Positions 58,998 through 64,000 of a stretch of 64,000 bases of DNA are shown here, piece by piece. Positions within the stretch are counted from its first letter, which is position 1. Each line of letters opens with the position of its first letter. The notes under the pieces were generated by a model. The model did not search any database. It saw only the letters and a program-made list of their open reading frames with translations, and had not been told where the DNA came from. The DNA comes from an uncultured Gammaproteobacteria bacterium (GTDB taxonomy: Bacteria > Pseudomonadota > Gammaproteobacteria > UBA9214). The stretch is taken from positions 288,001-352,000 of the forward strand of contig CAVYZN010000032.1 of assembly GCA_963773065.1 (NCBI GenBank), written 5' to 3'. The position numbers and the translations under genes are program-made.

Positions 58998-59534
58998 CTA
59001 CTTGGTTACCGAGACAGGCGCCTTGGCGCAGGTGGTGAAGAAGTCATGCTCCTTCATCGCCTTCAGGCATTGGCCGCTGGTGTAGGTCATCATACCGCGG
59101 TTTTTGCTGGCATTGCGTTCCCCGGTTTCCATGTCGAGTAATTGCCGGGACGGGTTGCAGCCTTCCGCGTCGGTACACTGGTCCTTGTCTCCGCACACGC
59201 GCCGGACCAGTTGTTCGCAGGGGGAATAGCCCACGATGCGGACGTCTTCCCACTCCTCGGCCTGCGGGAGCGGCATCTGGCGGGATTCCAGGATGGACTC
59301 GTTCGGAATGGCCACGCCGCGGTTGGTGATGAGGATGGAACCGTCCTGCAGGCGGTGCGCGCCGTCCCAGATCTGGGTCGTGACACCGCTCCGGGTCACC
59401 GTGGCGCGGTTGGTATACGGGTTCACCGTCACCGTGCTGCCGTCCGGCATTTTGGAACTCCAGTCCGCGGCCGTTACGCAACACACCGGCAGCGCCAGTG
59501 TCGCCAGTAACAAGAGGCGTGTCATAGGTTTCAT
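58998..59534 (-). CDS. Secreted hypothetical protein with a six-Cys C-terminal domain
   Basis: Signal peptide, beta-hairpin repeats (PDGS, WDGAHRLQDGS) and C-x7-C-x5-C-x5-C...C-x12-C. Confidence 0.75.
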   Translation of the reverse strand: MKPMTRLLLLATLALPVCCVTAADWSSKMPDGSTVTVNPYTNRATVTRSGVTTQIWDGAHRLQDGSILITNRGVAIPNESILESRQMPLPQAEEWEDVRIVGYSPCEQLVRRVCGDKDQCTDAEGCNPSRQLLDMETGERNASKNRGMMTYTSGQCLKAMKEHDFFTTCAKAPVSVTK

Positions 59535-59580
59535 CGGGTCAAGTTCTCCTGGATCGAGCGGACGCGAATGCAGTTTGCCG

Positions 59581-60078
59581 CTAATAGCGCCCGTGCTGTT
59601 TGGCGATGTAATTGGTCAGTTCCACGTACTGCGCGTTCATGCCGCGCAGGATGCGGTGCACGGTGCGGATGATGGAGCGCATCACCTTATAGACCAGTTC
59701 CGGGTCCTTTTTTATCAGGCCCTCGAAGCTGGCCCGGTCCAGGCGGATGAGTTCGCAGTTGCCGATCGCGCGCAGGCTGGCGGTGTGCTCGATGCCGTCG
59801 ATGAAGCCCATTTCTCCGACCATGTCGCCTTCCTTGAGCAGTTGCAGGGTGACCAGGGAACCGCCCCCGGTGCGGGTGAGCACCTCCAGCCGGCCCTTGG
59901 TCAGTACATGAATGGCGTCGTCCTTCTGGCCTTCCTCGATGAGGAAGCCGCCATCCTTGATGCCGCAGGAAGTGACCACTTCGGCGAGCAGCGCGCACTG
60001 CGGGTCGGTGAGCTCCCCGCCCAAGGGGGTATTCTTGATGGTCTCTTTGCTGACGATGAAATCTTCGCATGTGGTCAT
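59581..60078 (-). CDS. Stand-alone cyclic nucleotide-binding domain protein
   Basis: Motifs LIEEG, GRLEV, GDMVGEMGFIDG and HTASLRA; no HTH. Confidence 0.88.
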   Translation of the reverse strand: MTTCEDFIVSKETIKNTPLGGELTDPQCALLAEVVTSCGIKDGGFLIEEGQKDDAIHVLTKGRLEVLTRTGGGSLVTLQLLKEGDMVGEMGFIDGIEHTASLRAIGNCELIRLDRASFEGLIKKDPELVYKVMRSIIRTVHRILRGMNAQYVELTNYIAKQHGRY

Positions 60079-60199
60079 TAAACTTGGCTCCTGTATCGTT
60101 AAACTGAGTGGGGTGGCTCAATGCCGTTCGATCAGCCGGGCCGGTATTCCGGGTAGGGCGAGATACCGTGCGGTTGCTGATCCGGCGCCACCGCCCGGC

Positions 60200-60694
60200 T
60201 CACAGATTCCTGATGACCTGCATCATGTCCAGCGTGGTGACGATCCCCGTCAGGGTGTTGTCCCGGGTCACGAACACCCGATGGATCCTTCCCCTGAGCA
60301 TCGTCTCCGCCACCTCCTTCACGCTGGTATGTTCTTCCACCTTGAAGATCATGGGGGTCATGATATCCCGGACCTGGACCGATGACTCGGTACGGGTATG
60401 GAACATCCGCAGATCCTCGTGGCCGAGCTGGCGTTCCATTTCGTAGAGGTAGATATCGTGGGTGTCTTCCTTGTCTGCGGCGCTGCCCGGTAAGTTGCCG
60501 TGGCGCAGGATGTCCGTCATGGACACCACGCCGACCAGTTCACCGTTCTCCGTGACCGGGGCGCCGGAGATGCTGTTATCGACCAGAAATCCTGCCAGTT
60601 CCTCCAGCGACCAGTCGGCGTCAACGGCCAGCACTTCGCGGTGCATCACATCGCTGACGGTCATGGATCTGGCATCATTCTGCGGATTGCTCAT
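60200..60694 (-). CDS. CBS-pair domain protein
   Basis: Motifs VSDVM, ISGAPV, GVVSMTDI, VRDIMTP, IHRVFV and GIVTTLD. Confidence 0.9.
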   Translation of the reverse strand: MSNPQNDARSMTVSDVMHREVLAVDADWSLEELAGFLVDNSISGAPVTENGELVGVVSMTDILRHGNLPGSAADKEDTHDIYLYEMERQLGHEDLRMFHTRTESSVQVRDIMTPMIFKVEEHTSVKEVAETMLRGRIHRVFVTRDNTLTGIVTTLDMMQVIRNL

Positions 60695-60888
60695 TCTTCT
60701 CTCCTGTCTCGGCGTCTTTCGGATGGCCCCCGGGGACACGATGTACCGGCCGCAAACGGTACCGGAATGCAAGACAACGGAACCGGTGTTGGGTCTGTAG
60801 CCCGGCGGGTAGGGTGAATTCTACAATAATTCCGGCCCGAAAACCCGGTTGGGGAGCGCCCGGCCCGGTTCCCGGATCGCCGGGCGGA

Positions 60889-61659
60889 TCAGGTCCTGCT
60901 CGCCTTGATCAGTTCGTAAGCCTCCCTGATTTCCCGCGTTTTCTCGGTTGCCAGTTTGATCATTTCCTCGGGCAGGCCCTTGGCGATCAGTTTGTCGGGG
61001 TGGTGCTGGTTCATCAGACGCCGGTAGGCCTTCTTGATCTCGGCATCGCCCGCGTCCCTGCCGATGCCGAGAATCCGGTAAGCGTTGGCGAGCGAATGCT
61101 TTTCCCGCTCCGGCGCCTGCCCGGCGCCGACGAAGCCAAACAGGTGTTCGATGGCGGCGCGGTCGAAACCCAGAGCCGCGCCGATGGAAAGCAGGATACG
61201 CTTCTCACCGCCGTGGATCCGCCCGTCGGCCATCGCGGTGGCGATCTGTATCTCGAGGAACATCTGCACGAGATTGCGCCGGCCATGGCATTCGTGCCGG
61301 AACTGCACCAGGACCTCCTGCAGGGGGAAGTCATCCTTCTTGCCCTCGTTGAACAGTCTGACGGCCGCCTCGCGCTGGCTCGGGTCAAGCTGCATGCGCG
61401 CCATGAGGGACTCGGCCGTCGGATCTCGCGGCGTCACCCGCCCGTCCGCCTTGGCGATGTGGCCCATCACCGAAAAGGTGGCGGTGAAGAAGGCGGCCTG
61501 GACACGTTCCTGCCGGCCGGGGTCGAAGGCCGCACGGCGCGTCGGCCGAGGTGCGGCCGCGGTCGAAATTGCGGCCCAGGATGGCGCCGAGCAGCGCGCC
61601 CAGGGGTCCGCCAAACATGTACCCGAGCGTTCCGCCGAGCGAGTTCCCCACCAGGTCAT
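60889..61659 (-). CDS. djlA: Co-chaperone DjlA (TerB-like plus J domain; compensating frameshifts in the 5' part)
   Basis: GGPLGALLG in an alternative frame, FFTATFSVMGHIAKADGRV, and a J domain (IKKAYRRLMNQHHPDKL). Confidence 0.92.
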   Translation of the reverse strand: MTWWGTRSAERSGTCLADPWARCSAPSWAAISTAAAPRPTRRAAFDPGRQERVQAAFFTATFSVMGHIAKADGRVTPRDPTAESLMARMQLDPSQREAAVRLFNEGKKDDFPLQEVLVQFRHECHGRRNLVQMFLEIQIATAMADGRIHGGEKRILLSIGAALGFDRAAIEHLFGFVGAGQAPEREKHSLANAYRILGIGRDAGDAEIKKAYRRLMNQHHPDKLIAKGLPEEMIKLATEKTREIREAYELIKASRT

Positions 61660-61782
61660 GGGAAGCGATTATCTCCGTGGTTCAAGTCGGGTTAGAGTTT
61701 ACACTCTCGGATGGCCGGCGATGCAGGGGTATAATTGCGGACCTCCCCGGTTGGGATGAAATGAACTATTCGAGGCGCCCTC

Positions 61783-62070
61783 ATGTCCAGATTCGTCGAA
61801 ACGCTCAGACTCAAGGAACTCGCGGAAGAAGACATCTACTTTGCCAGGCGCGATCAGGAACTGATCCAGGCGCTGCATGAAAGAAACCTGGCCGAGGCCG
61901 TTGCCGCGGATACCCGAAAAGCGAAGAAACTCGCCAGGTCCTTTGAGAAGGAATACCGGAAGGTAAACCGCGCCTGTAAAAAGGAACCGCTGAAACTCAT
62001 GTGGGCGATACGCCGGCTGATCGACAGCATCCTGGCGGCATTTCACCTGGTGACGAAAACGCCGGAATAA
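61783..62070 (+). CDS. Small helical hypothetical protein with an IF1-like N-terminal motif
   Basis: GAGG RBS; LRLKELAEEDIYFARRDQELIQALH followed by basic helices. Confidence 0.7.
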   Translation: MSRFVETLRLKELAEEDIYFARRDQELIQALHERNLAEAVAADTRKAKKLARSFEKEYRKVNRACKKEPLKLMWAIRRLIDSILAAFHLVTKTPE

Positions 62071-62157
62071 GGCGGGGTCGGATTGCGCGCCGGCTGGCTA
62101 GGCCTGCCGGCCGGGACCGGCGCCGGTCGTCGCGCCCATCGCCCGTGCTTGCTTCGC

Positions 62158-62559
62158 CTATCTAAAGGCCGGCAGGGGGCTCTCCAGGTACCATTGCCCC
62201 AGGTCGGTGTCGTACTTCCATGTCTGCCTGTCCATCAGCGTCACTTCCCTCATGCGCTCTTCGTCGTAATAACCGATCTTCACCACGATCCAGGCCTCGG
62301 TCTCTTCCATGTTCATGGTGGTACTCTGGTATTCATAGGAGGTCACCCGGAACCGTTTGAGGGCAGCCGGATCCGGCGTCCGGGCGACGGAGCCCTCCTG
62401 TCTTCTGAAGGTGTTGGCTGCCTCGTAATCTCCCCAGCGGATGGCGTTTTCGTAATGGCGCGTGATCCGGTCGAGCGTGACGGTCTTCTTCCTTTCGTCC
62501 ATGCTGGCGCATCCGCAGAGGAACGTGGCCAGCAGGAGCAGTGCGATGAGGCGGGGCAT
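62158..62559 (-). CDS. Hypothetical lipoprotein
   Basis: Lipobox LCGC; YENAIRWGDY...QTWKYD...WYL. Confidence 0.78.
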   Translation of the reverse strand: MPRLIALLLLATFLCGCASMDERKKTVTLDRITRHYENAIRWGDYEAANTFRRQEGSVARTPDPAALKRFRVTSYEYQSTTMNMEETEAWIVVKIGYYDEERMREVTLMDRQTWKYDTDLGQWYLESPLPAFR

Positions 62560-62650
62560 GGGCGGCACCGGATGTGGGTTGATGAGCCGGAGAAGGATTC
62601 CGCCAGATAGTAAGGAAAATTCCGCTCCGATACCACTTCTCGGATCGTCG

Positions 62651-63886
62651 TCAGTGTTTCCGGCACCGTTTTATCAGCCAGCCGATGGTCAGCCCCTGTA
62701 CGAGTATCGAGAAGACGACCACCTCGTAGGTGACCGCCACGAGGGTATTGCGGACCTCCCCGGCCGGCAGCGACAGGGCGAGCGCGATGGAGATGCCGCC
62801 GCGCAGTCCGCCCCAGGTGAGAATCTTCACCGCGTTCGGATCGAAGCTCCGGAAGCGTCGCATCAGGGTGATCGGCAAGCCGACGGTGATGAAGCGCGCC
62901 AGCAACACGATGGGGATCGCGATCAGGCCGGCCGCCAGGTATTGCTCCCGGAACACCAGCACCAGCACCTCCAGGCCGATCAGCACGAACAGCACGGCAT
63001 TGAGGATTTCATCCATCAGTTCCCAGAAGGTGTTGAGGTGCTCGCGGGTGCGCTCGGGCATCGGCATCAGCCGGCCTTGATTGCCGATCAGCAGCCCGGC
63101 CACGACGATGGCGATGGGTGCGGACAGTTGCAGCTTCTCGGCCAGGGCATAGCCGCTGGTGACCAGCGCCAGGGTAATCAGCATCTCCACCTGGTAGTTG
63201 TCCACGCTGCGCAGCATCCGGTAGGCGACAAAGCCGGTTCCCAGACCGAACAGCACGCCGCCGGCCGCCTGCTGCGCAAACAGACCGAGCACGGTCCAGG
63301 TGGAGATGGGGTCGTCGCCGGCGGCGATGCCCGTCATGACCAGGAAGACCACCACCGCGACGCCGTCATTGAACAGCGATTCGCCGGTGATCTTGGCCTC
63401 GAGACTCTTCGGGGCGCCGGCCTGCTTGAGGATCCCGAGGACGGCGATCGGATCGGTCGGCGAGATCAGGGCGCCGAACAGCAGACAGTCGATGAACGGG
63501 ACCTTAAGTCCCGTCAGGCCAAAGGCCCACCAGGAGAGCATCCCGATAATGGCGGTCGTGCCGATGACGCCGAAGGTGGCGAGGAAGGTGATCATCCCGC
63601 GTTGTTCGGCGAGATCCGCCAGGTTGACGTGCAGCGCCCCGGCGAACAGCAGGAAACCGAGCATGCCGTGCAGCACGGCGGCATCGAAATCAACGCTCTT
63701 CAGCATGAACTCGACTTTATGCTCGATTCCCGGGACCAGCGGTTCCAGCAGCAGGAGGCCGAGCGAGAAGAGCAGCGCGATCAGCATCAGCCCGATGGTG
63801 GTTGGGAGCTTCAGAAAGCGATGGTTGAGATAACTGAAGAGCGCGGCAATGGTCAGCAGCAACGCCAGGATATGAAACAGGTTCAT
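62651..63886 (-). CDS. CPA1 Na+/H+ antiporter (NhaP/YjcE-like)
   Basis: Motifs LLFAGAL, SPTDPIAV, GESLFNDG and WGGLRGGIS. Confidence 0.93.
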   Translation of the reverse strand: MNLFHILALLLTIAALFSYLNHRFLKLPTTIGLMLIALLFSLGLLLLEPLVPGIEHKVEFMLKSVDFDAAVLHGMLGFLLFAGALHVNLADLAEQRGMITFLATFGVIGTTAIIGMLSWWAFGLTGLKVPFIDCLLFGALISPTDPIAVLGILKQAGAPKSLEAKITGESLFNDGVAVVVFLVMTGIAAGDDPISTWTVLGLFAQQAAGGVLFGLGTGFVAYRMLRSVDNYQVEMLITLALVTSGYALAEKLQLSAPIAIVVAGLLIGNQGRLMPMPERTREHLNTFWELMDEILNAVLFVLIGLEVLVLVFREQYLAAGLIAIPIVLLARFITVGLPITLMRRFRSFDPNAVKILTWGGLRGGISIALALSLPAGEVRNTLVAVTYEVVVFSILVQGLTIGWLIKRCRKH

Positions 63887-64000
63887 CGGAAGACCGCTCA
63901 GCCGGGAGTTTAACGCCTAGTTACGGATGGTCCTTCGGGTTTGGTTGCCGGTTATGGACAGACTTTCCGTGACAACGTTCTGTTTTTCTGACGGGCGTGA

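Overview
A 64 kb, GC-rich chromosomal segment of a gammaproteobacterium. Gene order suggests a Chromatiales/Thiogranum-like, possibly sulfur-oxidising organism; this is inference from synteny and gene content. Bases 1-45,600 are mostly conserved core genes: coaBC-dut-algC(long form)-argB, pyrE/xth, ampG, yggU-yggT-proC, pilTU, the divergent gshB-tonB-algH-ruvX-pyrR-pyrB-pyrC'-pyrK and pilG-H-I-J-chpA-chpC clusters, metK-ahcY-metF-bioA-rsmE, and tkt-gap-pgk-(pyk remnant)-fba. Bases 45,600-64,000 are a more accessory region: a PAS-GGDEF-EAL protein, HPP+nnrS, srkA, a Gly/Tyr-rich secreted protein, a PA2779/PA2778 peptidase pair, two CPA1 antiporters, a GNAT, dodecin, cNMP and CBS proteins, djlA and several hypotheticals. 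About nine genes carry 1-bp frameshifts, most likely long-read assembly errors. I found no rRNA, tRNA, CRISPR array, integrase or transposase. Best leads for something undescribed: (1) sigma28-type promoter motifs ahead of both type IV pilus operons, a c-di-GMP gene and long algC; (2) the PA2778/PA2779 pair, which looks like a double-glycine peptide-processing system; (3) a membrane-anchored, phage-tail-derived XkdW-like protein inside the gshB-tonB operon; (4) a sulfur-globule-like Gly/Tyr protein; (5) an IF1-like small protein; (6) loss of pyk next to a MITE, plus several MITE/REP families. All family assignments come from motif recognition by eye, not from database searches.
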